From positions 544,001 through 608,000 of the forward strand of contig OZ255721.1 in assembly GCA_965277285.1 (NCBI GenBank): a stretch of 64,000 nt of DNA, read 5' to 3'. Below, piece by piece: positions 22,101-32,032 of the stretch. The position numbers and the translations under genes are program-made. How positions within the stretch are numbered: the stretch's first letter is position 1; each line of letters begins with the position of its first letter. The DNA comes from Abditibacteriaceae bacterium (lineage in GTDB: Bacteria; Armatimonadota; Abditibacteriia; Abditibacteriales; Abditibacteriaceae). The notes under the pieces are model-generated. The model had not been told where the DNA came from. It did not search any database and worked only from the letters and a program-made list of their open reading frames with translations.

Positions 22101-23346
22101 GCTCTTCCTTCACCTTATCGAGTACTAAAGCGCCGGTCATAATCGCCGGCATACGATAAACGTCAATGGTCGAAGGATTGACACGCAAAATCTTTTCGAT
22201 GGTTTCGGCATCAATGTGCGAAAACGCTTTGGACAACGGCTTTTTGGCGTCGGGATCGAGCAAATCGGCGGCGAGGAACAAGTTGTAATCGAGTTCGCCT
22301 TGCGTCGTGCCCGGCTCGGAAAAGTTTTCCGCCGCGATGTCTGTGATCGTTTCGCGCGTGCCAAAAATGTCCAAAATCTGGCGCGATGTGGCGCACTGCA
22401 AGCGCTGCGCAGCGACTTCGATTTCGGGATTGTCGCGCAGTTTCTTGATGCGCGCCAGCAAATCGTCGTCGATAACGTCGCCTTCTTCGGCCACCATTTC
22501 GCCCGTCGCGTAGTCGATCAACTGCTCTGCGAGTACTCGATTCGCCAGCTTGGGGTCGGTCGGCGCCAAGCGCTCAGTTTTCGCCGCGTGCGGCTGCGCC
22601 ACGTCCATGCCGGAAAAGGCGCGCAACAGCGTCGTGATCGGCATTCGCTTCGATTGACCGATTTTGACGCCCAGCATCACGGAAATGTCTTTGTGCGCCG
22701 CTTCTTCGCCGACTTCGGCATCGACCCAGGCGCCTTCGTGCGGAATGATCTGCATCTGCAACAAACGACGACCCGAATAAGCGATTTCTTCTTTGAAGTA
22801 AGCGCCCGGCGAACGCGACAACTGCGACACCACGACACGCTCGGCGCCGTTGATGATGAAGGTTCCGCGCTCGCTCATGCAGGGCAATTCGCCCAGATAA
22901 ACTTCGCTTTCCTTCAGTTCGCCGGTTTCCTTGTTGACGACGCGGACTTTGACCTTCATCGGCATTTCATAGGTCAAGTCGCGCTGACGGCATTCGTCCG
23001 GGTCGAACTTGGGTTCGCCCAGAGAATAGTCGAGAAATTCCAGCGACATGGTGCCGGTAAAATCTTCAATCGGCGAAAAGCTGGAAAACAATTCGCGCAA
23101 GCCGGTATTGAGAAACCATTGATAACTTTCCAATTGCATCTCAACCATGTTGGGAATCGAGACGCCTTCGATGGAATGCGTGAGCGCGCGCCTTTGCGCG
23201 GTTTGCACCAGCGTCGAGCGCAAAATCGGGCGACCGGCGCCAATCGTCGCCAGACCGCCGACGCGATACGCTTCATCGAAAAGATTGGCGCCATTGGCCT
23301 TGCCGTTGGTGCCGTTTGAACCATTGGTCGTTGCGGAACGAGCCAT
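19129..23346 (-). CDS. rpoB: DNA-directed RNA polymerase subunit beta
   Basis: [66 protein letters not shown]. Confidence 0.99.
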   Translation of the reverse strand: MARSATTNGSNGTNGKANGANLFDEAYRVGGLATIGAGRPILRSTLVQTAQRRALTHSIEGVSIPNMVEMQLESYQWFLNTGLRELFSSFSPIEDFTGTMSLEFLDYSLGEPKFDPDECRQRDLTYEMPMKVKVRVVNKETGELKESEVYLGELPCMSERGTFIINGAERVVVSQLSRSPGAYFKEEIAYSGRRLLQMQIIPHEGAWVDAEVGEEAAHKDISVMLGVKIGQSKRMPITTLLRAFSGMDVAQPHAAKTERLAPTDPKLANRVLAEQLIDYATGEMVAEEGDVIDDDLLARIKKLRDNPEIEVAAQRLQCATSRQILDIFGTRETITDIAAENFSEPGTTQGELDYNLFLAADLLDPDAKKPLSKAFSHIDAETIEKILRVNPSTIDVYRMPAIMTGALVLDKVKEERGREEDSTTMEMMALSEVHKNLRPGDPPTQESARSLLNSFFFDPKRYDMGRVGRYKLNKKISGNVPDKVHTLTLDDLVFAIKYLIELDKGAEGGYSTDDIDHLRNKRVRAVGELLQNQLRAGMLRMERVARERLTSLDRESVTAQAVISIKPITAAVRSFFGSGQLSQFMDQTNPLAELAHKRRLSVLGPGGLSRQSAKLEVRDVHHSHYGRICPIETPEGPNIGLIGSLATHARIDEYGFLLTPYRVVKDGKVTSEIMYLSADDEEHATIASASGGVAEDGTLTDELVQSRRATSHPQVPPLEVDFMDLSPLQVFSVATAMIPFLENDDANRALMGSNMQRQAVPLIRPQVPLVKTGVEKRGALDSGAAVTSDVDGVVTDVTAKGIAVKSYDGEEFYHPLRTFVRSNQATCIHQKPIVSKGDRVLAGQAIADGPATKNGELALGRNMTVAFSLWEGYNYEDAIILSERVSKEDALTSVHIEKYEVEARDTKLGPEEITRDIPNIGEDQLKNLDENGIIRVGAEVLPQDILSGKIAPKSQGELSAEERLVIAIFGKKAEESRDASLRMPHGEKGTVVAVQIFARNKYFSRQLFDKLRREGYGEDRAQREATFSFVNDPERPECPVTGGPLDKQPGDELRAGTNQMVRVYVAQKRKIMAGDKMAGRHGNKGVVSTILPEADMPYLPDGTPIDIILNPLGVPSRMNIGQILEMHLGMIGKHFGTEFENPIFDGAREPELYDGMRRVAEQLRATTMLNYISTEMNLNVEADETAELDTISRQLTDVLSKLDDEQLNELGEQTGTPSEEFGRSDKNRKADLIAQRVRDITMTRTGYDPETGKCVLRDGRTGEAFQQPVAIGQVYMMKLHHLVEDKIHARSTGPYSLVTQQPLGGKAQFGGQRFGEMEVWALEAYGAAHTLQEILTIKSDDVAGRVKTYESIVKGDSVLEPGVPESFKILVKELQSLALQVEVEDEDGNVMELKEVEDEMDGPRG

Positions 23347-23593
23347 AAAAAAGTCTCCTGTCAGAAATCAAAGACGAAGCAAGGACAAACCGAACCCGCG
23401 CGAAAACACCGCCATCGAGTACTCGATTCGTCAAAAATCTATGAAATTGGGTGCGACAATGAAAAATGGGACAAGTGAGAGTGCGGCGAAAAACTGCCGC
23501 GAACATCGAGAAAAGTCAAAGCGTTGCGCAGCGCGCCAACGTAGCAAAGAGGAGTGCCGAAAAAAAACGGTTTCAATAAAAGCACAAGTGAGT

Positions 23594-23622
23594 ATTTTAC
23601 TTGATGGCGAAAATGGATGCAA
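23594..23622 (-). promoter_or_regulatory. sigma70-type promoter for rpoBC
   Basis: Minus strand TTGCAT-N17-TAAAAT, about 250 bp upstream of the rpoB ATG. Confidence 0.7.
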
Positions 23623-23721
23623 GGGCTGTTTTATAAATCTTTTTGCGGAGCATTAACTTCGGCCTCAGTCGCCCAAGTTTGAAGATTGCATTTCGAGCAA
23701 GAATCTCCTAACAGAAGAAAA

Positions 23722-24150
23722 TTATAAAACTTCTTGCCGCATCGAGGACAATGAAACGTGCAAATGACAGCGCTCCGTATTGCGAGAACAAGTAGGAAGT
23801 GTCGGCAGAAACAAAATCGGCGTAATCTGATGAGGTAGCGAAAAACGACTTTCTAATTTCAACGCGAGCCATACATTCAGGAACATAATAGCGAAAGCTG
23901 CCGTGCCACCAGCCGCCATATACCATTTCAACTTGTCCCAAGATTTTGCTGCACTTTCAAAACGTTGAGCCGACCAACGGAGTTTCCATGCAATCGGCAA
24001 CCAGCAAACAGCCATTGATGCACATATCAGAAAAACTGCCGAACCGTGTGGATTATGTAACCCATTCTCAGCAAAAAAGGAAAGATATAAAGGTGTGACA
24101 GCAATGCCACTCCACAAACAAAGTTTTAACGCACGTTGAACACGTTTCAT
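23722..24150 (-). CDS. Hypothetical membrane protein (possibly degenerate)
   Basis: Three hydrophobic segments; AT-richer than flanks; no recognised motif. Confidence 0.5.
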   Translation of the reverse strand: MKRVQRALKLCLWSGIAVTPLYLSFFAENGLHNPHGSAVFLICASMAVCWLPIAWKLRWSAQRFESAAKSWDKLKWYMAAGGTAAFAIMFLNVWLALKLESRFSLPHQITPILFLPTLPTCSRNTERCHLHVSLSSMRQEVL

Positions 24151-24480
24151 AATTTTACGTATCGCAAGCCGCTTCTAAAACTTCGACCGCGCGATTGTGG
24201 CGCAATTTTCATTTTGCTGTCGCCGTTCAAATCCCACACGCCCGCAATGGTGAAAACATCGGGCGCGTTGAAATCCTTATTTTCGGTGAAGTGTTCTTCA
24301 TCCAGCATTTGCGTGACGACTTTGCCGCCGACGACTTTGCGCAAAAACACCAACGAGTACTCGTTGGCCAGCGAACGCGGACTGATGCTGCCAAGCTGAC
24401 CGTTGTAACCTTTGTGATTGGTCGCGCTTATTAACACTTCCTGGCTGCCGGCGCCGTCCAAATCGACGCGCGAAAGCAGC
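24147..24480 (-). pseudogene. Fragment of a protein with DxDGDG/DLNGD-like repeats
   Basis: VDLDGAGSQEVLISAT...GVWDLNGDSKMKI; no credible start codon; appears 5'-truncated. Confidence 0.4.
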
Positions 24481-24547
24481 GTGATTTTTCACGTTTGGTT
24501 TGATTGGGTATCACTTTTTTCTGTACCTTGACGTCATTCAAAGCGAG

Positions 24548-25222
24548 TTAAATGTTCGGGATTTGCCAGTTGATCTCGCCGCGTCCGGCTTCTTTGAGAG
24601 CGGCATTGGTTTTGGAAAAAGGCGCGCTACCGAAAAAGCCACCCTCGGCGGAAAGCGGCGAAGGATGTACCGATTTCAAAATGACGTGTTTTGAAGTATC
24701 AATCAACGCTTCTTTTTTGCCCGCATAAGCGCCCCACAAAATGAAAACAACGCGTTCGTCTTTGTCGTTGACATGGCGAATAATCGCGTCGGTAAACTTC
24801 TCCCATCCTTTGCCTTTGTGCGAATTAGCCTGACCTTGCCGAACCGTCAAAACCGCGTTGACCAACAAAACGCCTTGCGCTGCCCACGGCACCAGATAAC
24901 CATTGTTCGGCATCGGGTAACCGAATTCGTTGCGCAATTCCTTGAAGATATTGAGCAAAGATGGCGGCTTGGTTACGCCGGGACGAACCGAAAACGCCAG
25001 CCCGTGCCCTTGTCCCGCGCCGTGATACGGGTCTTGTCCCAAAATGAGTACTCGAACTTGGTCGAGCGGCGTCAATTCGAGAGCGGAAAACACTTCTTCT
25101 TCGGGCGGAAAAATAGTCTGCGTGCGCCGCTCTTCATCGACAAACGCTTCGAGTTTTTGAAAGTAGGGCAGTGCGCGCTCGCTTTCGAGAACGTTCCAGC
25201 CATCAGGAATCGGTGGAATCAT
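24548..25222 (-). CDS. ung: Uracil-DNA glycosylase (family 1)
   Basis: GQDPYHG, HGLAFSV, PPSLLNIFKE, HPSPLSA motifs. Confidence 0.97.
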   Translation of the reverse strand: MIPPIPDGWNVLESERALPYFQKLEAFVDEERRTQTIFPPEEEVFSALELTPLDQVRVLILGQDPYHGAGQGHGLAFSVRPGVTKPPSLLNIFKELRNEFGYPMPNNGYLVPWAAQGVLLVNAVLTVRQGQANSHKGKGWEKFTDAIIRHVNDKDERVVFILWGAYAGKKEALIDTSKHVILKSVHPSPLSAEGGFFGSAPFSKTNAALKEAGRGEINWQIPNI

Positions 25223-25385
25223 CGAGAAACCTCTTTTGTTTGATTTTGTAGCAGCCGATTGCACGGAAATGCGCTGTAACGCCGAATCAAGTACTCGATT
25301 CCTTAAATTGCGAAGATGAAGGCGGCAGGCGATGAAAGACGCGGCAAACTTCAGATTTCGCCGCGCCTTTCTTATTGATCTGTTC

Positions 25386-27875
25386 TTATTGCAAAGGCAC
25401 TTCCGCTGAGAACGCCAATTCAGGGTCGCCGCGCCGCGCCATCGTTTCGCAAAGAGTTTTCAAGCGCGGCACGACTTTGATCTGCGATTTTTGATCGTTG
25501 ACCTCAAGCGTGATAGGACGGGAAAAATCGACCATGCGCGCGTCCAGCAGAAGGTCACCCAGCGCGCCGTTTGTCGTAGTGATCGTGATGCTGTTGCCCT
25601 TGCGAGTGGCGTCAATTTCATGTTGCTTGGCGGGATTGGTTGACGAAAGCCAGAAGAAATCGTGGATGACGCCATCGGTTTGTAGCCAGGTGATTTCGTT
25701 CGGAATCGGGTTGCGCGAATACTGATACATCTCGACAATTTTGTCACGGTCGTTCAGGTTGCTGTGCTCAAATCCCATCATCACGTCAACGCGCACCGGA
25801 TAAATATCGGTACGGTCGCCGCGCAATGCTTTGACTTCGGCATCGAACTTTTGATCGCGCGTCAGGCGGTCGTACATAGTATCTTTTTCGCCGACCATCG
25901 CGGTGAAGACCGTTGAGCGCAGCGTTTTGGCTGTGGTTTCGCCGTCGGTGGGCGCGCCCGCCGAAGCGTGAATAGCGGCAAAGTGATCGGGCATTTTGGG
26001 GCCGATGGCGAAAGCGCCGTAACCGCCGTGCGAATAGCCCATGATATACACCTTGTTGGGGTCGATGTCTCCGAACAAGTTGAAATTGCTGGTCAAGTTG
26101 CCGATGAGCGGATACACATAATCGTCGTAAAACCCGTTCCAGGTGTCGTTGGGCGCGCGCAACGCCAGATACTTGTAACCGCCCAATTCGGGATGATCTT
26201 TGTAGTGGGTTTGCATTATCTGCCACTGTGAATCATTGACTTCCTTGGCCGTGCCGCCGCCGCCGTGCATCGCAATGAAAAGTGGCCAGCCATTGGCCGG
26301 ACGTTCGCCCACTGTTCTCACCACATAAGGGCTTTCGTAGGTTTGAAAGCGGACGCGGTTGGCGTCGAAATCGGCTTTGGCCGCAGTGTGCGAGGCGTTC
26401 TTCCAGGCGTTCCACACCGCCGCGCGCACGCCCGATTCGTTGGACAACAAAAGCGCATCAAGTGATTTGGGGAAGATGAAGATCGTGCGCAGTTCGGGGG
26501 ACAAGGCGAAGTATCTGGCAGCCTTTTCCTCAACTTGCTTTTCTTGCGATGCGCTCAACGGTTTCACGACAGGTTTCGAGTACTCGATAAGCGCAAAGCG
26601 CGCGGCAATTGGAGCCGGAGTTGCGGCTGCAACTGGAATTCCACCGAAACTCGGCGCCAACTTCGTCTCGGGTTGGTCGCCCGTTTCAAAGGGCACGCGC
26701 GCTTTGATTCCACCAAGTCCAGCGAAGTCAAAAACTGCTGTTCCTTTGCTGTTGCGTGGCGCTTCGACTGAAAAGAAACTGTTCATATCGGCGCTTTCGC
26801 CTTTGGTGATGCCGCGCCCAATTTCCTGACCGTCGGCATTCAGAATGACAACGGGAACTTCCATGCGCTTGCCCGTGGCGTCCAGCATTTGCACCAGCAG
26901 GCGCGTGGTTTTTTCGGCGTCCTCGACGATGAGCGGCCCGGCTTTGGCGTAGCGCGTCGTGACATTGAGGGCGTTGACCGAGCGATCTTCGGGCGCCCAG
27001 ATCAAGGGAAAAGCGATACCCGTTTTCTGCCAGGACGAGGCATAGATGGAGTTGGCCGCGACATCAGCGCGCGCCTGCGCCGCATCGTCGACGAACCAGG
27101 CGTGATCCAAGCCTTGAGAATCGGGTTCGGCAGCGCCCACAAAATGCCAGCCGTTGTCCCACACTTCCACCCAGGTATGATTGCCGCGACCATTCGCCCA
27201 CATCGGCGTTCCCGCGACGCGAGCCGGAACGCCGACCGCGCGACAAGCCGAAGCCAACAAAATCGACAATCCCGAACAGGAAGCCAGACCTGAAGCCATG
27301 CACTCGGTAGTGTTCTGATTCGGCTTTTCGCGCGCCGTCGAGTACTTCACTTTCACCAGAGCAAACAGTTTTTGGTTGATCATCTGCGCCGCTTCGCCCG
27401 GCGTTTTGCTGCCTGCAATGAGAGGCAAAGTCAGGCGCCGCAGCATGGCGCGCGAGTCGTCACGTTGCTCGTTCAAAAAGGCATACGGCAGCACGTTGTT
27501 GAGAAAAATGTCGTCGGGAATTTGTGCTTTCCACGGAGCGGTTTGGCGCGCTTGAAAAGCCAGCGCAACGTTCTCCAGCAAATATTTGGCGTGCAGCGAT
27601 TGCAGGTCGCTTTTCGGCATATTCTCGATGAGAAAGCGCATCGCCCCGCGTTGCATTCGAGGCACAGAGCGCAGCGCCTTGACAAGTTCGGCGCGGTTGT
27701 TTCCAGCCTGCCGCAAAGCCATCGCTGTGGAAGCAGGGCACCAGGCAGCAGAACAGGCGGCAGAAGTCGAAGCAGAAGTTCTGGACATGGTGGAAGGGTT
27801 TGCGTGCGATGCGCCCGTTGGAGACGCCACAGTCAAAGGCGCTATTGCAAAAGCGGCGAAAAGAGGTGAAATCAT
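25386..27875 (-). CDS. Probably secreted transglutaminase-like domain + alpha/beta-hydrolase (esterase/peptidase) fusion
   Basis: ASCSGLSILL...CRAVGVPARVAG...NHTWVEVW (Cys/His catalytic motifs); C-terminal MHGGG and GYSHGG nucleophile elbow; start at ATG 27875 assumed. Confidence 0.8.
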   Translation of the reverse strand: MISPLFAAFAIAPLTVASPTGASHANPSTMSRTSASTSAACSAAWCPASTAMALRQAGNNRAELVKALRSVPRMQRGAMRFLIENMPKSDLQSLHAKYLLENVALAFQARQTAPWKAQIPDDIFLNNVLPYAFLNEQRDDSRAMLRRLTLPLIAGSKTPGEAAQMINQKLFALVKVKYSTAREKPNQNTTECMASGLASCSGLSILLASACRAVGVPARVAGTPMWANGRGNHTWVEVWDNGWHFVGAAEPDSQGLDHAWFVDDAAQARADVAANSIYASSWQKTGIAFPLIWAPEDRSVNALNVTTRYAKAGPLIVEDAEKTTRLLVQMLDATGKRMEVPVVILNADGQEIGRGITKGESADMNSFFSVEAPRNSKGTAVFDFAGLGGIKARVPFETGDQPETKLAPSFGGIPVAAATPAPIAARFALIEYSKPVVKPLSASQEKQVEEKAARYFALSPELRTIFIFPKSLDALLLSNESGVRAAVWNAWKNASHTAAKADFDANRVRFQTYESPYVVRTVGERPANGWPLFIAMHGGGGTAKEVNDSQWQIMQTHYKDHPELGGYKYLALRAPNDTWNGFYDDYVYPLIGNLTSNFNLFGDIDPNKVYIMGYSHGGYGAFAIGPKMPDHFAAIHASAGAPTDGETTAKTLRSTVFTAMVGEKDTMYDRLTRDQKFDAEVKALRGDRTDIYPVRVDVMMGFEHSNLNDRDKIVEMYQYSRNPIPNEITWLQTDGVIHDFFWLSSTNPAKQHEIDATRKGNSITITTTNGALGDLLLDARMVDFSRPITLEVNDQKSQIKVVPRLKTLCETMARRGDPELAFSAEVPLQ

Positions 27876-28084
27876 AAAAAAGCCAGCCCTCGAAGATTTT
27901 CCTGCTTGACAAACAGCGACACCTTCAGCAAGTCCTTTCAGTATAATCGGCGCCACAAACAAAGACGCTGAGCATCGTCCTTTGGCAAAGCAGAAAAGTG
28001 CGCCGCGCTGTGAGACAATAAACCTTTTTGGCAGGCGCTTGATAAGAAGCGATAACGGGTTGCAATTGCAACCTGCACCACTGA

Positions 28085-29551
28085 TTACATACAAGGTTCA
28101 TCGCTTGAGGAACTGCGCAAAATTCTGTTCTCGAATGTCAATTCGTGTGTAAAAAGCGACGAAGAATCTTCGTCGTGATGGCTCACCAACATCAAATGTG
28201 TGCCGCGTCGCGCTGCGTCGTCAAGCAACGTTTTGAAATCGAGTACTGAATCGGCATCCAAACTGTCGAAAGGTTCATCCAACAGCAAAATAGCGGGATC
28301 GTTGACCAGAGCGCGCGCCAGCAAAACCTTGCGCGCTTCGCCGCTCGACATTTGCGTGATGAACTTGTCGCGCAGATTTTCGATGCGGCAAAGTCGCAGG
28401 AGTTCTCGCACTTTGTCACGCTGCGATGGCGACAGTTTGGGCACCACGCCGATGCTCGAAACGAAACCGCTGGCGACGACTTCCCAGCCGCGCACGCTGT
28501 CGCTATAACGTTCCTGCAATTCGGGCGAAACCAAGCCGATGCGCGCCTTCATTTCCCAGATGTCGGCGAACTGCGCATTGTCGAAACGCTCGATGGTGCC
28601 ACCAAAAGCCGGCCATAAATCGCCCGCCAGAAGTTTGAGAAACGTCGATTTTCCACTGCCGTTGCTGCCGCGCACGCGCCAATGTTCGCCTGCGCGCCAC
28701 GTCCAATTGATGTCGTGCAAAATCGGCGCGCCATCGCGGAACACATCAGCGTTTTCGATTTTGACCAGCGTTTGATATTGGTGAAGCTTGCTCGTTTCTC
28801 GATTCGAGTACTCGATTTGCGGCGCGCGCGGTTTGGGCAAATGTAAAACGTCTTCTTTGCGACCTTGCGCGACGATGCGGCCACTTTCGAGCCTGGCGAT
28901 GTGCGAGATCGAAGCAACGATTTCGTCGCGCCGATGGGTTGCCAGCAATAATTGAATGTCGCGCGTGGAAAGTTCTTCCACGAACTGCAACGTTTGCGCG
29001 CGCGAAACCGCATCCAAACCACTGCAAAACTCATCGAGAATCAGAACTTTGGGGCGCTTGATCAGGGCACGAGCGATCAGCAGTTTTCGCAATTCGCCAT
29101 GCGACAAGGTGTTGATGTCGCGCGACATCAAATCTTCAATGCGCAGCTCGCGCGATAAAGTTTCAGCTTGCTCGATTTGTTCTGGTGTTGGTTGTTGGTG
29201 CAATAATTCGCTGCCGAAAAAGCCGGATAAAACGACTTCGCGCCCGACCAGTTTCCATTCCTGGCGGCGATATTTTTCGTGTTGCGCACCGGAAACCCGG
29301 GTGATGTTTTCGCGCGCGCGCAACGGCGAAAAAGTTTCCGCACCGTCGAAACGATAGCGCCGCGAACCTTGAGCGTAATGCGGCCAGAGATCGCCGCGAA
29401 TCAGTTTGAGCAGCGTGCTTTTTCCGGCGCCATTGCCGCCCAGAAACGCCCAGTTTTCGCCGGAATGCAGTTGCCAGCAAACGTTTTGCAGAACAGGCTG
29501 GCCTTGCAAAAGGACATCGCACTTATCGAGTTCAACGATGGGTTTGGTCAC
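28085..29551 (-). CDS. Double-NBD ABC ATPase, ModF-like
   Basis: Two Walker A (GGNGAGKST, GSNGSGKST), LSHGE/MSSGE signatures, LILDE/LLLDEP; no TM partner adjacent. Confidence 0.88.
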   Translation of the reverse strand: MTKPIVELDKCDVLLQGQPVLQNVCWQLHSGENWAFLGGNGAGKSTLLKLIRGDLWPHYAQGSRRYRFDGAETFSPLRARENITRVSGAQHEKYRRQEWKLVGREVVLSGFFGSELLHQQPTPEQIEQAETLSRELRIEDLMSRDINTLSHGELRKLLIARALIKRPKVLILDEFCSGLDAVSRAQTLQFVEELSTRDIQLLLATHRRDEIVASISHIARLESGRIVAQGRKEDVLHLPKPRAPQIEYSNRETSKLHQYQTLVKIENADVFRDGAPILHDINWTWRAGEHWRVRGSNGSGKSTFLKLLAGDLWPAFGGTIERFDNAQFADIWEMKARIGLVSPELQERYSDSVRGWEVVASGFVSSIGVVPKLSPSQRDKVRELLRLCRIENLRDKFITQMSSGEARKVLLARALVNDPAILLLDEPFDSLDADSVLDFKTLLDDAARRGTHLMLVSHHDEDSSSLFTHELTFENRILRSSSSDEPCM

Positions 29552-29936
29552 AATAAAATGAAAGAATGAAAGATGGCGGAGTCACGATTGGAATGCACGG
29601 CGTTTTCTCCATTTTAGCAATTCCTGACGGAAATCGTTCCACCAACTGCAGGCGCCATCGGCACAATTTACGAGGCAGGAGGAAGTTGCGTCGCGCGACG
29701 AATGAGGGCGATAAGCGAGACTTGCTTCCTTTCGCTTCTACAAGGCGAACGCGTTTGTCATACTTGCACCCACTTCTGACCGCTGAAATCCTCACTTTTT
29801 CTTAGCGCCCGCATTATCCATTGAGAAATTGCTTTGGCTCTTCCAGAACTCTCTTCGAGTACTCGATATTGCGTCCTCGAAAGATTATTGAACGCCTCAA
29901 ACTTTGGCTCGGTTTCGTCACAACATTTTTACCGCG

Positions 29937-31688
29937 ATGGCAAATTTTCGTTTTCCTCACAGCGCACCGACGCAAACCGATAATCCGCCGCACCGAGCAC
30001 GCCGCTGGATGCCAGGCGTGCTGAACGATTATCAGAAAGCGTGGCTGGCGCCCGACGTTGTGGCGGGCGTGACGCTGGCTGCGGTCGCCATTCCCGAATG
30101 CATGGGCTACACCAAAATCGTGGGTACGCCGGTCGTGACCGGGCTTTACACTATTTTGCTGCCCATCACTGTTTTCGCATTGCTTGGCTCGTCGCGTCAT
30201 CTGGTTGTGGGCGCAGATTCGGCGACGGCGGCCATTCTTTTTGCGGGTTTGATTGGCCTGGCGCATCCTTACACGCCTCAATGGGTCGCGCTTTGTGCGG
30301 CGGCGGCGCTGTTGACGGCCTTCTTGCTGCTGCTCGCCAGTGTGTTGAAGTTGGGCTTCCTGTCCGATTTCCTGTCGCGCACCGTTCTGGTTGGCTTTTT
30401 GAGCGGTGTCGGCGTTTCGTTGTTATTGGGTCAACTGCCGGAAATGTTAGGACTTCCCTTGCGCGGCAAAGGCGTTCTGGGACATCTCGCCGCGATCTGG
30501 CGCGAGTTGCCGCAAACGCACCTGGCGACGTTGGGAATGGCGTTGGGCGTGATGGCGGTCATTCTGCTTTGCGAAAAGTTCGCGCGGCGTGTTCCTGGGT
30601 CGTTGTTGGCCGTCGTGTTGGCGATTGGCGCAACGTGGATGTTTGGCCTCGAACGCTATGGGCTGGCCGTTGTCGGGCGCGTGCAACCCGGTTTGCCTTC
30701 GCTGCGTTTGCCGCCGCTTTCGTCTTCAATTGCCTCGCATTTGGGCGCGACGGCGGCCTCGATGTTTCTGGTGATCGTCGCGCAAAGTGCGGCGACGGCG
30801 CGCTCCTTCGCGCAAAAATACTCCGAACCCTTGAACGAAAACCGCGACCTTTTCGCGCTGAGCGCCGCCAATGCGCTGGCCGCTGTGTCGGGAACTTTCG
30901 TCGTCAACGGCAGCCCGACCAAAACCGCCGTGGTGGATGCAGCGGGTAGCCGCACGCAGGTCGCGCAATTGACAACAGCGGGCGTCACGCTGGCGGTGCT
31001 GCTTTTTGCGACCTCGTTGATCGCGCGCCTGCCCAACGCGGCGCTGGCCACGATTGTGTTTCTGATTGGCATTAAGTTGGTGGATATGCGTTCTTTGCGA
31101 CAGATTTGGACGTTTCGCAAAACCACTTTCGCCGTCGCTTTGTTGACGTTATCGGGCGTGGTGTTTTTCGGTGTCGAAAAAGGTATTTTTCTCGCCATCG
31201 CCTTGTCGCTGCTCGATCATTTGAGACAGGAATATCATCCCAAAGATGTTTTGCTGGTGCCGCACGAAAGTGGCTGGAAGGCGGAAAAAGCGGAAGCGGG
31301 GCACGAAAGCGCGCCTGGAATGCTAATTTATCGCTTTGAAGCGCCGTTGTTTTTCGCCAACGCCGATTATTTCGCGGCGCGCCTGCAAACCTTGATCGAA
31401 AGAGCGCCGCATCCTGTCAAGTTTCTGGTGATCGATATGGCGAGCATGAGCGATGTTGATTACACCGGCGGACTGATGTTGCTTTCAACGCTGACGCACT
31501 GGCAAAAGCAAGGCGTTGCTATTACGTGCGCGCAAGCCGACGACGTGCGCGGCTCGCTCGATTCCCTGGGCATCACGGCGCTGGTGGGAAGCGGCAACAT
31601 CTTCGATTCGGTGCAAAATGCCGTGAACTCGTTTCCTAAACAAACAACGACGGCTTTGCCAAATTCAAAAGAGGTAGACGTTGAGTAG
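29937..31688 (+). CDS. SulP/SLC26 anion transporter with STAS domain
   Basis: DVVAGVTLAAVAIPE, GSSRHLVVG, C-terminal YRFEAPLFFANA (STAS). Confidence 0.95.
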   Translation: MANFRFPHSAPTQTDNPPHRARRWMPGVLNDYQKAWLAPDVVAGVTLAAVAIPECMGYTKIVGTPVVTGLYTILLPITVFALLGSSRHLVVGADSATAAILFAGLIGLAHPYTPQWVALCAAAALLTAFLLLLASVLKLGFLSDFLSRTVLVGFLSGVGVSLLLGQLPEMLGLPLRGKGVLGHLAAIWRELPQTHLATLGMALGVMAVILLCEKFARRVPGSLLAVVLAIGATWMFGLERYGLAVVGRVQPGLPSLRLPPLSSSIASHLGATAASMFLVIVAQSAATARSFAQKYSEPLNENRDLFALSAANALAAVSGTFVVNGSPTKTAVVDAAGSRTQVAQLTTAGVTLAVLLFATSLIARLPNAALATIVFLIGIKLVDMRSLRQIWTFRKTTFAVALLTLSGVVFFGVEKGIFLAIALSLLDHLRQEYHPKDVLLVPHESGWKAEKAEAGHESAPGMLIYRFEAPLFFANADYFAARLQTLIERAPHPVKFLVIDMASMSDVDYTGGLMLLSTLTHWQKQGVAITCAQADDVRGSLDSLGITALVGSGNIFDSVQNAVNSFPKQTTTALPNSKEVDVE

Positions 31689-31899
31689 AGGAGCTTGGAC
31701 GTTCAGAAAAATGTCGCGCTGTTTGCTTACATATTTGTGGATTGAGATACAAGAATCCGTTGCGGCACGTTATCGAGTACTCGATAACGCATTGAAAAGC
31801 CGCAAACTATTTTCTCAATGCGAGAATAGTTTTTGCTGAACCTTTGGGATGAACCTTTCGATAATGGCTCAGGTGACGAGATACATCAAACTATCCAAG

Positions 31900-31987
31900 A
31901 AAGAACGCCATGCATCAGCGACGGGTGAAACGTAATGGATGGCTGAAACTTTTACGTTTCGCCCGTCGCTGATGCACGGCGTTCTTT
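31900..31987. repeat. REP-like inverted pair (TCAGCGACGGG family)
   Basis: aaagaacgccatgcatcagcgacgggtgaaacgtaa ... ttacgtttcgcccgtcgctgatgcacggcgttcttt; homologous to 49573-49657. Confidence 0.8.
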
Positions 31988-32032
31988 TTATTGACTCACT
32001 TGATTGAGACATAACTAACATTTGAAGGAGCG

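Noticed and set aside
14279..23319. Long plus-strand ORFs (e.g. 14374-15642, 15820-17133, 19351-20472, 22216-23319)
   Set aside because: Antisense shadows of rpoC/rpoB expected from GC-rich codon bias; no motifs
29552..29930. Riboswitch or small gene upstream of the ModF-like ATPase
   Set aside because: No recognisable RNA motif; the short ORFs lack SD sites and motifs
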